Source: an uncultured Bacteroidales bacterium
GTDB lineage: Bacteria; Bacteroidota; Bacteroidia; Bacteroidales; WCHB1-69
DNA: 53,245 nucleotides
Assembly (NCBI GenBank): GCA_905236885.1
Contig: CAJOQK010000120.1
Location: 1 to 53,245 of the forward strand
Reading direction: 5' to 3'
Part shown: positions 17,120 through 27,891 of the stretch, piece after piece
Position numbering within the stretch: position 1 is the first letter of the stretch
How the letters are laid out: each line of letters begins with the position of its first letter
Translations under genes and position numbers: made by a program
Notes under the pieces: generated by a model
Told to the model about the DNA's origin: nothing
What the model saw: the letters and a program-made list of their open reading frames with translations, nothing else
Database searches by the model: none

Positions 17120-17692
17120 TCAAAATGTGTAGGCCATGCTTAGCTCCAGGGTGTTGTTTCTCAATCCATATTTGGTATAGAGGCTTTTGCCTACCGGAAG
17201 TAGGGAATAGTGCATGTGAAGCTGCAAATCCCAGTGCTCGTTGAGTTTGAAGTCAAATCCACCGAAAACGCTCCACTCAAAAAAACGGTAGGGATGGTCG
17301 CCATTGACCCAGACATCTCCGTTTCGTCTTTCTATGACCCATGGGGTGATGTTGAGGGAGGTGCCTAAATCCACGCGGTATTTTTTCAGGCAGTTCCACC
17401 GGAATTGTAGAGGAACTCCTATCTGATGCAAAGTGAGATGATAGTCAGTTGTCTTGCATCCTTTTTGCATATAGCACATTCCCAATGACATTTCCCAGTT
17501 GGTTTCAGGTGGGTTAAGGCTTGCCGCCATGCCTGCATACAGCCCCGGCTTGTGATAGCCGTCCCTGTTATCCCCGTCCACTTGGGAGGCTAACAAACCA
17601 AGACGCAGATTCCCTTTGAAATCTTGTGCGCTGACAAGGCCGCTTGCCGCCATAAGCAGCCCGATACCTATAAATATTAACTGTTTGTGCAT
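17120..17692 (-). CDS. Small outer-membrane beta-barrel (porin-family-like) protein
   Basis: Signal peptide MHKQLIFIGIGLLMAASGLVSA-QD, alternating beta-strand pattern, and a C-terminal aromatic residue (..SMAYTF). Confidence 0.65.
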   Translation of the reverse strand: MHKQLIFIGIGLLMAASGLVSAQDFKGNLRLGLLASQVDGDNRDGYHKPGLYAGMAASLNPPETNWEMSLGMCYMQKGCKTTDYHLTLHQIGVPLQFRWNCLKKYRVDLGTSLNITPWVIERRNGDVWVNGDHPYRFFEWSVFGGFDFKLNEHWDLQLHMHYSLLPVGKSLYTKYGLRNNTLELSMAYTF

Positions 17693-18135
17693 GGATTATC
17701 TTGAATTGTACAGATGCCCTGCAAATAGTCCCGCGCCGCCGCCTGATCTTGGGCGATTTGTGCGCGGAGGGCCTCCAATGTTTCAAATTTTCGCTCTTTT
17801 CTCAGGAAAAGCAGGGGTGTGACTGTCACACTTTCCCCATACAGGGAACCGTTGAAGTTGAAAAGGTGCATCTCCACACGCTGTTCACAGCCTTGGACAG
17901 TAGGCCGGAAACCGATGTTGAGTATACCCTGATAGAGTTTTGTATTCCATTCCAATTGAGCAATATACACACCATTATCCGGCAGCAGGTCCGTTGTCTG
18001 CAGATTGGCGGTGGGGAAGCCAAGGGTTCTTCCCAGCGCATCCCCATGGATGATTTTCCCCCGCAGGGGCTGATATTTCTTTTCCGGTTTTTGCACGTTG
18101 CAAAAATACATGAAATCCGGATTCGGATTCCACAT
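17677..18135 (-). CDS. Stand-alone riboflavin kinase domain protein
   Basis: RFK motifs GKIIHGDALGRTLGFPTANL and VEMHLFNFNGSLYGESVTV...FLRKERKF. No FMN-adenylyltransferase domain upstream. Its 3' end overlaps the downstream OMP gene by 16 nt. Confidence 0.75.
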   Translation of the reverse strand: MWNPNPDFMYFCNVQKPEKKYQPLRGKIIHGDALGRTLGFPTANLQTTDLLPDNGVYIAQLEWNTKLYQGILNIGFRPTVQGCEQRVEMHLFNFNGSLYGESVTVTPLLFLRKERKFETLEALRAQIAQDQAAARDYLQGICTIQDNPCTNS

Positions 18136-18287
18136 AGCCGAAAAAAATGTATGGGTTTCGTAAAGGTTTGAAAACCGATGGTTTCCGGTAATAGAGAAAA
18201 AAACTTGAAAAAAAAACGGGGAAAATGCCGCATCGTATCCATAATTTATGTTAATTTGTATTTCTTAAATGTAATTTATTTGATTAA

Positions 18288-19826
<1,539 letters not shown>

Positions 19827-19847
19827 ACGGTTGTCAAATCATAATCA

Positions 19848-20102
19848 TTGAAAAATATGAAAGTGGAGATTATAACACCGGAACAGCAATTGGCATTGGA
19901 AGAGGTTTCCTTGGTGCAATTGCCGGGTGCTGATGGTTTGTTTGAAATACTGAACGACCATGCCCCTCTGATTTCCGCCTTGGGAAAAGGAAAAGCCAAG
20001 GTTGTGGTTGCGGGTGAAACCAGAAACTACAATATTTCGGGCGGCGTGGTGGAGGTTTTGAAGAACCATGTTAAAGTTATGACAGAAGTTTGTTCCGAAT
20101 AA
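19848..20102 (+). CDS. atpC: F1 ATP synthase epsilon subunit
   Basis: 84-aa ORF directly after atpD with an N-terminal beta-sandwich-type sequence (VEIITPE...). Confidence 0.8.
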   Translation: MKNMKVEIITPEQQLALEEVSLVQLPGADGLFEILNDHAPLISALGKGKAKVVVAGETRNYNISGGVVEVLKNHVKVMTEVCSE

Positions 20103-20127
20103 GAAAAAGAGCAATGAAAGAGAAAAA

Positions 20128-20153
20128 GGCTGCAAAAAATTGCAGCCTTTTTT
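20128..20153 (+). terminator. Intrinsic terminator after atpC
   Basis: GGCTGCAA-AAAA-TTGCAGCC hairpin followed by T6. Confidence 0.85.
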
Positions 20154-20263
20154 CCTTTCACGAAGCCAATGATTTCGGGGTGCTATACAAACAGATTGAT
20201 TAATAAAAAATTATAATATAAAAAAAAGTTTTCCGAAAAAGAAAAAGGTATTGTAAAATGTAG

Positions 20264-20271
20264 TACTTTTG
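20264..20271 (+). promoter_or_regulatory. -7 promoter motif for tRNA-Asp
   Basis: TACTTTTG ends 13 nt upstream of the mature tRNA 5' end. Confidence 0.6.
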
Positions 20272-20284
20272 CATCACCAAAAAA

Positions 20285-20359
20285 GGTGCGGTAGTTCAGC
20301 TTGGTTAGAATACATGCCTGTCACGCATGGGGTCGCGAGTTCGAGCCTCGTCCGCACCG
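20285..20359 (+). tRNA. tRNA-Asp (anticodon GTC)
   Basis: Acceptor stem GGTGCGG/CCGCACC, anticodon stem CATGC/GCATG with loop CTGTCAC, T-arm GCGAGTTCGAGCCTCGT. CCA is not encoded. Confidence 0.9.
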
Positions 20360-20365
20360 CTGAAA

Positions 20366-20395
20366 GGGAGATTCTTTACGGAATCTCCCTTTTTT
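20366..20395 (+). terminator. Intrinsic terminator after tRNA-Asp
   Basis: GGGAGATTC-TTTACG-GAATCTCCC hairpin followed by T6. Confidence 0.8.
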
Positions 20396-20495
20396 GCATC
20401 CTATCTGCCCATCTCCGCCAAATTGCCCACATGGACACAAACAAAAAAGAGGACACGTACTCGCATCCTCTTTTATCTAAAGAACCACTGGCTTT

Positions 20496-20681
20496 TTAAG
20501 CCTCTGTTTTTTGTTCAATCGCCAATTCACCTCTGTAATAGCCGCATTCAGGGCATACCCTGTGGTACATCACTGCGGAGCCACAATTGCTGCAGGTGCT
20601 CAATTGCGGAGCGACCGCCTTGTCGTGCGTTCTTCTTTTGTCTCTTCTCATTGCTGAGTGTCTGCGTTTTGGATTCGGCAT
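20496..20681 (-). CDS. rpmF: 50S ribosomal protein L32
   Basis: 61 aa. MPNPKRRHSAMRRDKRRTH opening and a CxxC...CxxC zinc ribbon. Confidence 0.92.
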   Translation of the reverse strand: MPNPKRRHSAMRRDKRRTHDKAVAPQLSTCSNCGSAVMYHRVCPECGYYRGELAIEQKTEA

Positions 20682-20707
20682 AATCTACTATTTTAAACTT
20701 TTTAACA

Positions 20708-21244
20708 CTATAATTTCAAATTTTTTAAAGCATCCCATTGGGGATTAGTTTCTTCTGTTTTTTTGCACTGGTGTGCGGCTATCAGTGAAAGCATCTGCTC
20801 GTTGCACTGTTGTCCGGGGTAGTCGCTGTGCACTTTCCGCAGTGGAATCTGTGCATAGACCAATTCGTACAGCAGTTGTTCCAAGTTGTAGTGAAAACTG
20901 TTCTTGGAAAGGAGGATCACATGCTCGTCCTCTTCGTCCAACCCCTCTTCCTGTGCGGTCTTGAACAGGAAATTTTCGGTTGTTTCAAAGGGAAAACGCA
21001 AGTCTTCCAAGCAAATGTCACACTTCAAGGTGACACAACCCTTCAAGTGAAGCTGGAATGCCATGAATGTCTCCTGTCTGTTGAAGACAAGGTGAACATC
21101 CACCTCCGCATCCCTGATTTCTTCATTGGTGTGCTTTTCAAAGAACGTTTTTGTGACTTTCATATCTTGTTCACTTTCCCCCATCGGGAATTTAGAGAAC
21201 TCAATATCAAATTGTTCAAAGTATACGCTGTCTTTCATGGACAC
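20708..21244 (-). CDS. yceD: YceD/DUF177 family protein (large-subunit rRNA accumulation protein)
   Basis: 178-aa acidic protein immediately upstream of rpmF, which is the conserved yceD-rpmF arrangement. Confidence 0.7.
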   Translation of the reverse strand: MSMKDSVYFEQFDIEFSKFPMGESEQDMKVTKTFFEKHTNEEIRDAEVDVHLVFNRQETFMAFQLHLKGCVTLKCDICLEDLRFPFETTENFLFKTAQEEGLDEEDEHVILLSKNSFHYNLEQLLYELVYAQIPLRKVHSDYPGQQCNEQMLSLIAAHQCKKTEETNPQWDALKNLKL

Positions 21245-21261
21245 TTTGTTTACACAAGCTG

Positions 21262-21269
21262 CAAAAATA
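21262..21269 (-). promoter_or_regulatory. -7 promoter motif for yceD-rpmF
   Basis: The reverse complement reads TATTTTTG, 18 nt upstream of the start at 21244. Confidence 0.5.
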
Positions 21270-21363
21270 CAATTTTTTTGAATGCGGTTTGATTGAAACC
21301 GAAAATTTTTTATTATCTTTCCGCATCAGCTCTGTCTTCCGCAAGGTGCCGTTAGAAATTCCC

Positions 21364-21390
21364 ATAAAAAAAGGGCGCGAAGATGCGCCC
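21364..21390 (-). terminator. Intrinsic terminator after ppdK (minus strand)
   Basis: GGGCGC-(6 nt)-GCGCCC hairpin followed on the minus strand by T7. Confidence 0.75.
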
Positions 21391-21411
21391 TAAAAATTAC
21401 ACTATGAAAAC

Positions 21412-24129
21412 TTACAGACTTTCTTTGATAGCTGCCTGTGCGGTGGCCAGACGTGCCACGGGGACACGGTAAGGTGAGCAGGAAACATAGTTCAGACCCG
21501 CTTTGTAGAAGAATTCCACAGATTCGGGGTCACCGCCATGCTCGCCACAAACGCCGCATTTCAGGTTGTTGCGGGTGCTGCGTCCTCTTTCCACACCGAT
21601 TTTCACCAGTTCGCCCACGCATTCCTGGTCGAAGGTGTTGAACGGGTCGGCAGGGATAATTTTCTCGTCAATGTACTTGTGTACAATGGCGTTGACATCA
21701 TCGCGGGAGAATCCGTAGGTCATTTGGGTAAGGTCGTTGGTTCCGAAGGAGAAGAATTCGGCCACTTCGGCAATCTGGTTGGCGACCAGCGCGGCGCGCG
21801 GAATCTCAATCATGGTGCCGAACATGTAGCTGAAATGCACATCATATTTTTTCTCAACCTCTTCAAACACTTTGTCGGCGATGCGTTTCTGGTTTTGCAG
21901 CTCGCGCACGTTGATGGTCAGCGGAACCATGATCTCCAGTTTGGGCTGTTTGCCCTCCTTGATCAGTTCGGCAGTAGCGGAGAACAATGCACGGAACTGG
22001 GTTTCCGTGATTTCGGGATAGATGATGCCCAAGCGGACACCGCGCAATCCCATCATCGGGTTCACTTCGTGCATCTCCTCGATGCGTTTTTTCAGGGCTT
22101 CGAAATCCAAACCTCTTTCCTGGGCCACTTTCTGCTGCTGTTCTTCGGTTTGCGGCACAAACTCATGCAATGGCGGGTCCATCAGACGGAAGGTCAGCGG
22201 ACGGCCGTCCAGCACCTTAAGTGTGGCTTTGGCGGATTCTCGGATGTAGGGTTCCAGCTCGTTCAGGGCGGCAATACGGCTTTCCAAGGTGTCGGAAAGG
22301 ATCATGTTGCGCAGTTTCTCCAGCGGTTTCTCGCTGTTTTTGCCGTAGAACATATGCTCGATACGGAACAGGCCGATACCTTCGGCGCCGAAATCGATGG
22401 CCGTTTGGGCGTCATCCGGATTGTCGGCATTGGTGCGGACGCTCATGGTCCTGTATTTGTCAACCAGTTTCATGAAGTCCTTGAACAGCGGGTTCTCGGT
22501 GTTTTTGCAGGTGGGGATGGCCTCGTCGTACACATAGCCCTTGGTGCCGTTCAAACTCAGCACGTCGCCCTCCTTGTAGGACTTGTTGCCGATTTGCAGG
22601 ATGCCTTTCTCAAAATCAATCTTCACAGCGTCGCAACCCACGATGCAGCATTTGCCCCAGCCGCGGGCCACCAGTGCGGCGTGGGAGGTCATTCCTCCAC
22701 GGGCAGTCAGGATGCCGTCAGCGGCACGCATGCCTTCCACGTCTTCCGGATTGGTCTCCTCGCGCACAAGGATGTTGGCGATTTTCCGGTTGCTGAGTTC
22801 GATGGCTTTCTCGTTGGAAAAGACAATCTTGCCCACAGCACCGCCAGGGCCGGCAGGCAGACCTTTGGCAATGACCGTGTGTTTCTTTTCTTCCTTGTCA
22901 TTCAAAATGGGGTGGAGGAATTCATCCAGTTGGGCGGGAGAGACACGCAGCACGGCGGTCTTTTCGTCAATCATGCCCTCTTTCAGCATCTCCATGGCCA
23001 TGGTCAGGGAGGCGACACCGGTGCGTTTGCCGACACGGCATTGCAGCATGTACAGCTTGCTCTCCTGAATGGTGAACTCGATGTCCAGCATATCATGGTA
23101 GCTCTTTTCCAAAATGGCGCGGATGTCACACAACTCCTTGTAGATGTTGGGCATCAGTTCCTGCATGGATTTCATGTTGCGGTTCTTCTCGTTCTTGGTG
23201 TCGTCGTTCAGCGGGTTGGGGGTGCGGATGCCGGCCACCACATCCTCGCCTTGGGCGTTGATCAGCCATTCACCGTAGAATTTGTTCTCGCCGGTGGCGG
23301 GGTCGCGGGTGAAGGCGACACCGGTGGCGGAGTTGTCACCCATGTTGCCGAAGACCATGGACTGCACGTTGACGGCAGTGCCCCAGTCATCGGGAATGCC
23401 TTCGATGCGGCGGTAGGAGACGGCTTTCTTTCCGTTCCAGGATTTGAACACGGCTTTGATGCCCCCAATCAGCTGCTCTTTGGCATCATCCGGAAACTCT
23501 TTGCCCAAAACTTCTTTCACGCGCACCTTGAAGGCGTTGGCCAGTTCCAACAGCTCTTCTGCAGTCAGTTCGGTGTCGGATTTGTAACCTTTTTTCTCTT
23601 TATAGGCGTCCAGCATGTCATCCAACTGCTTGCGGATGCCTTTGCCGTCGCCCAAATCAATGCCTTCGGCCTTTTCCATCACCACATCGGCATACATCAT
23701 GATCAGCCGGCGGTAGGAGTCGTAGACAAAGCGGGGATTGTTGGTTTTCTTGATCAGTCCGGGGATGGTCTTGGAACTCAAACCGATGTTCAATACGGTG
23801 TCCATCATGCCGGGCATGGAAGTACGAGCACCGGAGCGGCATGAAACCAAAAGCGGATTGTCGGCGTCATCATATTTGAGACCCATGATTTTTTCCATGT
23901 TCTCCATTCCTTTCCAAACGTCATCCATCAAAGTGTCAGGCAACTGGCAATTGTTGGCATAATAGGCTGTGCAGCACTCGGTCGTGATGGTCAGACCGGC
24001 GGGTACCGGCAGTCCCAGCAGGCACATTTCAGCCAGATTAGCACCTTTTCCGCCCAATAAATTCTTCATGTCCGCTTTACCTTCGGCAACTTTTCCGCCA
24101 AAAGTGTAAACATACTTCGTACTATTCAT
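21412..24129 (-). CDS. ppdK: Pyruvate, phosphate dikinase
   Basis: 905 aa. PPDK opening MNSTKYVYTFG...GGKGANLAEM, phosphohistidine region GGMTSHAALVARGWG, and C-terminal PEP-utilising TIM barrel (FFSFGTNDLTQ, CGEHGGDP). Confidence 0.95.
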   Translation of the reverse strand: MNSTKYVYTFGGKVAEGKADMKNLLGGKGANLAEMCLLGLPVPAGLTITTECCTAYYANNCQLPDTLMDDVWKGMENMEKIMGLKYDDADNPLLVSCRSGARTSMPGMMDTVLNIGLSSKTIPGLIKKTNNPRFVYDSYRRLIMMYADVVMEKAEGIDLGDGKGIRKQLDDMLDAYKEKKGYKSDTELTAEELLELANAFKVRVKEVLGKEFPDDAKEQLIGGIKAVFKSWNGKKAVSYRRIEGIPDDWGTAVNVQSMVFGNMGDNSATGVAFTRDPATGENKFYGEWLINAQGEDVVAGIRTPNPLNDDTKNEKNRNMKSMQELMPNIYKELCDIRAILEKSYHDMLDIEFTIQESKLYMLQCRVGKRTGVASLTMAMEMLKEGMIDEKTAVLRVSPAQLDEFLHPILNDKEEKKHTVIAKGLPAGPGGAVGKIVFSNEKAIELSNRKIANILVREETNPEDVEGMRAADGILTARGGMTSHAALVARGWGKCCIVGCDAVKIDFEKGILQIGNKSYKEGDVLSLNGTKGYVYDEAIPTCKNTENPLFKDFMKLVDKYRTMSVRTNADNPDDAQTAIDFGAEGIGLFRIEHMFYGKNSEKPLEKLRNMILSDTLESRIAALNELEPYIRESAKATLKVLDGRPLTFRLMDPPLHEFVPQTEEQQQKVAQERGLDFEALKKRIEEMHEVNPMMGLRGVRLGIIYPEITETQFRALFSATAELIKEGKQPKLEIMVPLTINVRELQNQKRIADKVFEEVEKKYDVHFSYMFGTMIEIPRAALVANQIAEVAEFFSFGTNDLTQMTYGFSRDDVNAIVHKYIDEKIIPADPFNTFDQECVGELVKIGVERGRSTRNNLKCGVCGEHGGDPESVEFFYKAGLNYVSCSPYRVPVARLATAQAAIKESL

Positions 24130-24178
24130 CTGTAAATGTTTAAATTGATAAATACAATAACTATATAAAACAAGAATG

Positions 24179-24186
24179 CAAATTTA
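24179..24186 (-). promoter_or_regulatory. -7 promoter motif for ppdK
   Basis: The reverse complement reads TAAATTTG, about 50 nt upstream of the start at 24129. Confidence 0.5.
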
Positions 24187-24302
24187 CTCAATTCCCCAAC
24201 ACGGAAGCCCCGCGGACGGAAAAATTTTTAAAAAAATGTTTTTGTAACGGATGTTATAGGCCGGAATTGCCCAAAATCAACTGATGATATCTTTGTCGTT
24301 TC

Positions 24303-24917
24303 CTATTTTTCGCTGCTCCAGACGGTTGTCAGTCGCTTGTTGCAGCGCAAATCAAGGGGGTAGATGACCGGTTCCTTGGCCATGGGGAAGCGATGGCAGC
24401 GGCCTTCCGCCAAATCCACGCCGATAGCTTGGTATACGTGGCAGACATATTCGGTGCAGTACATTTTGGTACTGTCGGTTTTGTCGTAGGAATGGTCGAA
24501 AAGCAGGGCTTTCCCATACAGCCGGAGCGCCTCCTGACGGAGAAGGGCACGGGCTTCCACATTGGTGTCATAGCGCATGACGCAGGCTTTTATGCACCTG
24601 TCGGAACGCAGAAAAAGGGAAATGGCATCCTGCTTGATTACCTCTTTCCCTTCGGTTTCTTCCGATTCGCCCGGAACGGCGTGCAGCACTTTCCACCCCT
24701 CCTGCTGATGAACCAGCAGGCCGGTATGGGAGTAGGTGGCCCTTTTGTCCGCCACCGTGACCGCATGGCTCTCCAAACCCCGTCCCAACCTGAAAATCAA
24801 ATCCCCGTCCCGCAGCAGACTGGTGTCTATTGCAGTGGAAGGTTCCGGCAGGGCGGACTGATGCCTGTTGCAGGCTGACAAAAGGCATAGCAGCAGGCAG
24901 AGTGGGAGCAGGCGCAT
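24303..24917 (-). CDS. Lipoprotein, YiiX/C92-like permuted papain-fold enzyme
   Basis: Lipobox LLSA-C. DGDLIFRLG...YSHTGLLV and the Cys context MYCTEYVCHVY resemble the YiiX/YaeF family. Assignment is by eye only. Confidence 0.55.
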   Translation of the reverse strand: MRLLPLCLLLCLLSACNRHQSALPEPSTAIDTSLLRDGDLIFRLGRGLESHAVTVADKRATYSHTGLLVHQQEGWKVLHAVPGESEETEGKEVIKQDAISLFLRSDRCIKACVMRYDTNVEARALLRQEALRLYGKALLFDHSYDKTDSTKMYCTEYVCHVYQAIGVDLAEGRCHRFPMAKEPVIYPLDLRCNKRLTTVWSSEK

Positions 24918-25304
24918 TTATTTGCTCAGCGGGTCGATTTTCCAGGTTTCCCCTTCCAGAACCACCCTGATGTCGGCATCGGCGCTTTCCCCGTTGCCTT
25001 TGGTGAATTGGGTGAAAACAACGGCAACGCTGTCGTTGCAGATGGAGTCCCGCAGAATTTTATAGGATTTCAGTCCGCCTTCCTCCTCCAAACTCTTTCC
25101 CAGTTTGTCCGCAAAAGAGGCAAGCATCTCCTCCTGGCTTGTTTCCGAATCCTTCATGATGACAAAATTTTGCACGGCAGCCTCATAGTTCTTGTGCTGC
25201 AGGTCGCTGTAGTATTTGTCCACAACTCCCTTCGGGGTGTTCTTGGAACAGCCGGCCAGGCAGAAAAGGGCGGCTGCAATCCATAGGCAAACAATCTTTC
25301 TCAT
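24918..25304 (-). CDS. Small lipoprotein (DUF4878-like)
   Basis: MRKIVCLWIAAALFCLAG-C lipobox. The start at 25304 is preferred over 25334 because a -7 motif sits at 25332-25339. Its stop abuts the start of the downstream gene. Confidence 0.6.
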   Translation of the reverse strand: MRKIVCLWIAAALFCLAGCSKNTPKGVVDKYYSDLQHKNYEAAVQNFVIMKDSETSQEEMLASFADKLGKSLEEEGGLKSYKILRDSICNDSVAVVFTQFTKGNGESADADIRVVLEGETWKIDPLSK

Positions 25305-25331
25305 GTTGTTAAAATTTTTTGGTTTCGTTTG

Positions 25332-25339
25332 CAAAAGTA
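25332..25339 (-). promoter_or_regulatory. -7 promoter motif for the two-lipoprotein operon
   Basis: The reverse complement reads TACTTTTG, 28 nt upstream of the ATG at 25304. Confidence 0.5.
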
Positions 25340-25410
25340 GTCAAATTTCGGATAGGAAAGTGTGAAAAAATAAATTTTTTAAAAAAGATTTTCCAAAACA
25401 GTTTTTTTCC

Positions 25411-25418
25411 TATATTTG
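25411..25418 (+). promoter_or_regulatory. -7 promoter motif for rplY
   Basis: TATATTTG lies 50 nt upstream of the ATG at 25468. Confidence 0.5.
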
Positions 25419-25467
25419 CAGTTCTTTAAAAAAGAATTTAAAATTGTTATAATTAATTGTAAATCAA

Positions 25468-26067
25468 ATGAAATCAGTATCTATTAGCGGTTCTATCAGA
25501 GAGAACGTAGGGAAAAAAGATGCGAAAGCCCAACGTAAACAGGGCTTGGTTCCAGCAGTTTTATACGGAGGTGAGAAACAGATTCCGTTGCTGGTAAAGG
25601 AAATGGAAATGAATAACTTGATTTATTCACCTGAGGTGAGATATGTTGAGTTGGATGTGGAAGGGAAAGTGTATAAAGCAACGGTTCAGGAACTTCAGTT
25701 CCATCCTGTGACAGACCATCTGCTTCATGTGGATTTTTTGGAGTCTGTTCCTGAAAGACCTGTCACCATTGCAATTCCTGTGAAAATCACTGGTACGGCT
25801 CCCGGTGTGTTGCGTGGCGGCAAATTGTCAAAAAAAGTGCGCAAAGTGAGAGTTCGTGGAAAATTGGAAGATATTCCTGAATTTATCACAATTGATATCA
25901 GCAATTTGGATATTTTGGATACCATCCGTGCCGGTGAGGTCAAACTGGAAAAGGTTGAGATGGTTGAGGCTCCTTCCATGATTATTGTAACTGTTTTGTC
26001 TTCGCGTAACGTGAGCGAGGCGGAAACCACGGAGGAGGAAGCTCCTGCAGCAACAGCAGCAGAATAA
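25468..26067 (+). CDS. rplY: 50S ribosomal protein L25 / general stress protein Ctc
   Basis: 199 aa. The opening (R...GKKDAKAQRKQGLVPAVLYGG) and the acidic/Ala-rich tail are typical of long-form L25/Ctc. Confidence 0.88.
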   Translation: MKSVSISGSIRENVGKKDAKAQRKQGLVPAVLYGGEKQIPLLVKEMEMNNLIYSPEVRYVELDVEGKVYKATVQELQFHPVTDHLLHVDFLESVPERPVTIAIPVKITGTAPGVLRGGKLSKKVRKVRVRGKLEDIPEFITIDISNLDILDTIRAGEVKLEKVEMVEAPSMIIVTVLSSRNVSEAETTEEEAPAATAAE

Positions 26068-26085
26068 TTTCATAATTTTTTATTT

Positions 26086-26122
26086 AAAAAAGAAAGAGGG
26101 GCATTCGCCCCTCTTTCTTTTT
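26086..26122. terminator. Bidirectional hairpin terminator between rplY (+) and the MFS gene (-)
   Basis: 12-bp stem AGAAAGAGGGGC / GCCCCTCTTTCT with loop ATTC, an A-run upstream and a T-run downstream. Confidence 0.85.
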
Positions 26123-26139
26123 GACCATTTCGGGAACCA

Positions 26140-27774
26140 TTATTTGATGTTGGGTTCCTCCAGTCCGTAACCTTTCTTCTTGTCCACAGCTTTCAGATAA
26201 ACCGAAATCAGCAGGGCCGCAATACCAAGGGCGGCCAGCATAATCAGCGCCCAAGTATAGTTGAGCTCGTGCGCTGCGGTACCCTCTGCGTTGGTTTTGT
26301 TAAGCACAATGCCGATGAGGGCAGGGAAGAGGCCGAGGCCGATATTCTGGATCCAGAAGATGGCCGCATAGGCCGAACCGATGATTTTCTCGTCCACCAG
26401 CTTAGGTACGGAAGGCCACAAGGCTGCGGGCACTAACGAGAAGGATGCGCCGAGTACAAGGATGGTGACATAAGCCACTATGGTGCCTCCGACGGCATTT
26501 CCCTTGAAGGCGGGCAGGATGAAGGCAAATGTGAGGTGGCAGATGACAAGTAGAATGGAACCGAGCATCAGCATTGAAGCGGCTTTTCCCTTGTTGTCCA
26601 CATAATTGCCAAGTATCGGAGTGATGGCCACTGCTAACAGTGGGAACACGGCAAAGATTGTTTCTGCGGTACCGCGCATGTAGCCCATATAGCAGTATAC
26701 CACCAGGGCAACAACGGCAAGCGCCATAAGTCCGACTTTCATCCCTTTATTCTTGGAGAAATTGCTGGCAAACGAACATACAGCCACCACCAGCATGATG
26801 ATATATTGTACAATCGTGACAGAGATGCCGAATGCCTCGGTGCTGCCTCCCCAATAGGTAGCCGAATCGGCGGGATTGAGGGTAAGGTTGCACTGTAACA
26901 TGTTCACGGCGTATTTCTGGAACGGGAAGATTGCACTGTAATAGAGCACACAGAGCAGGGCCACCAGCCAGAATCCAAGGCTGGAGAAAATCTTGCCGAG
27001 GTCGCTAATCTTGAAGGGGTCGTCCTTCTCTTCAGCCTCACCGGTCTGGCTGTCAAGTTTCTTGTCTATGAAGAAGTAGGTGATGAACATGATGAGGGCG
27101 ATGCAGAGCAGCACCACACCGAACTTGACGGAGTTGTCCACATGTATTTCTCCACCGAGTTTGGCGAAATAAGGGCTGAAAATCATGCAGGTGGCCACGC
27201 CCAGACGTGCCAACGCCATTTCGGAACCCATGGCCAAAGCCGTTTCGCGGCCCTTGAACCATTTCACAATACCTCTGGAGACGGTTATGCCGGCCATTTC
27301 GCAGCCGCAACCGAAGAACATGAAGCCGATGGCGGCCAGTTTGGCGGAGGCTGGCATTCCCTGTGCGAATGGAAGGATTGCTCCGATAATTGGCAATTCG
27401 CCGTTCCAGTTCAGATGGTTGGTGAACCATGCCTCAAGTCCCGTGCCCATAAAGCCTTCGCTGACGGCATAGTACTTGATGCATCCGCCGAAGAGCATGA
27501 CCGCACCGGAAAGGATGGCAGTGAATCGGACGCCCATCTTGTCAAGGATGATTCCCGCAAAAATCAGGAAGAAGACGTAGACATTGAGGAAAACCTCTGC
27601 ACCCTGCATCCTTCCGAAGGCGGCGCTGTCCCAGCCGCGCTCTGTCTGCATAAAGTCCTTGATGGGGGACAGTATGTCCATGAAAATGTAGCTGCAGAAC
27701 ATGGCGAGCGCCAGCAGCAGCAGTGCAATCCACCTGAAGGCGGCATTGTCCCTTAAAGTTAATTTTTCTGTCAT
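26140..27774 (-). CDS. Major facilitator superfamily transporter (substrate unknown)
   Basis: 544-aa polytopic membrane protein with many hydrophobic helices and an MFS-like loop 2-3 region (GIILDKMGVR). Confidence 0.7.
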   Translation of the reverse strand: MTEKLTLRDNAAFRWIALLLLALAMFCSYIFMDILSPIKDFMQTERGWDSAAFGRMQGAEVFLNVYVFFLIFAGIILDKMGVRFTAILSGAVMLFGGCIKYYAVSEGFMGTGLEAWFTNHLNWNGELPIIGAILPFAQGMPASAKLAAIGFMFFGCGCEMAGITVSRGIVKWFKGRETALAMGSEMALARLGVATCMIFSPYFAKLGGEIHVDNSVKFGVVLLCIALIMFITYFFIDKKLDSQTGEAEEKDDPFKISDLGKIFSSLGFWLVALLCVLYYSAIFPFQKYAVNMLQCNLTLNPADSATYWGGSTEAFGISVTIVQYIIMLVVAVCSFASNFSKNKGMKVGLMALAVVALVVYCYMGYMRGTAETIFAVFPLLAVAITPILGNYVDNKGKAASMLMLGSILLVICHLTFAFILPAFKGNAVGGTIVAYVTILVLGASFSLVPAALWPSVPKLVDEKIIGSAYAAIFWIQNIGLGLFPALIGIVLNKTNAEGTAAHELNYTWALIMLAALGIAALLISVYLKAVDKKKGYGLEEPNIK

Positions 27775-27820
27775 TTTCTATCTTTTTTTAATGATACAAT
27801 TAAATTAGTTAAACAAAACG

Positions 27821-27828
27821 CAAAAATA
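27821..27828 (-). promoter_or_regulatory. -7 promoter motif for the MFS gene
   Basis: The reverse complement reads TATTTTTG, 47 nt upstream of the start at 27774. Confidence 0.5.
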
Positions 27829-27891
27829 CTCAATAATCGCTTACATTTTTCCCTTTTTCAGAGATATTTTTCCTTTCCTGATGTGGAAAGT

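Noticed and set aside
17104-17125. AT-rich hairpin TTTTGACA-GTTT-TTGTCAAAA between the convergent flavin reductase and OMP genes.
   Set aside because: The stem is weak and almost all A-T, and it overlaps the OMP stop codon. It may help termination but is not convincing enough to annotate.
21538-23844. 768-aa ORF on the plus strand.
   Set aside because: It lies entirely antisense to ppdK, whose product has unmistakable PPDK motifs. The translation is low-complexity (Gly/Val/Ala/His-rich) with no recognisable family. It is a typical shadow ORF of a GC3-rich gene.
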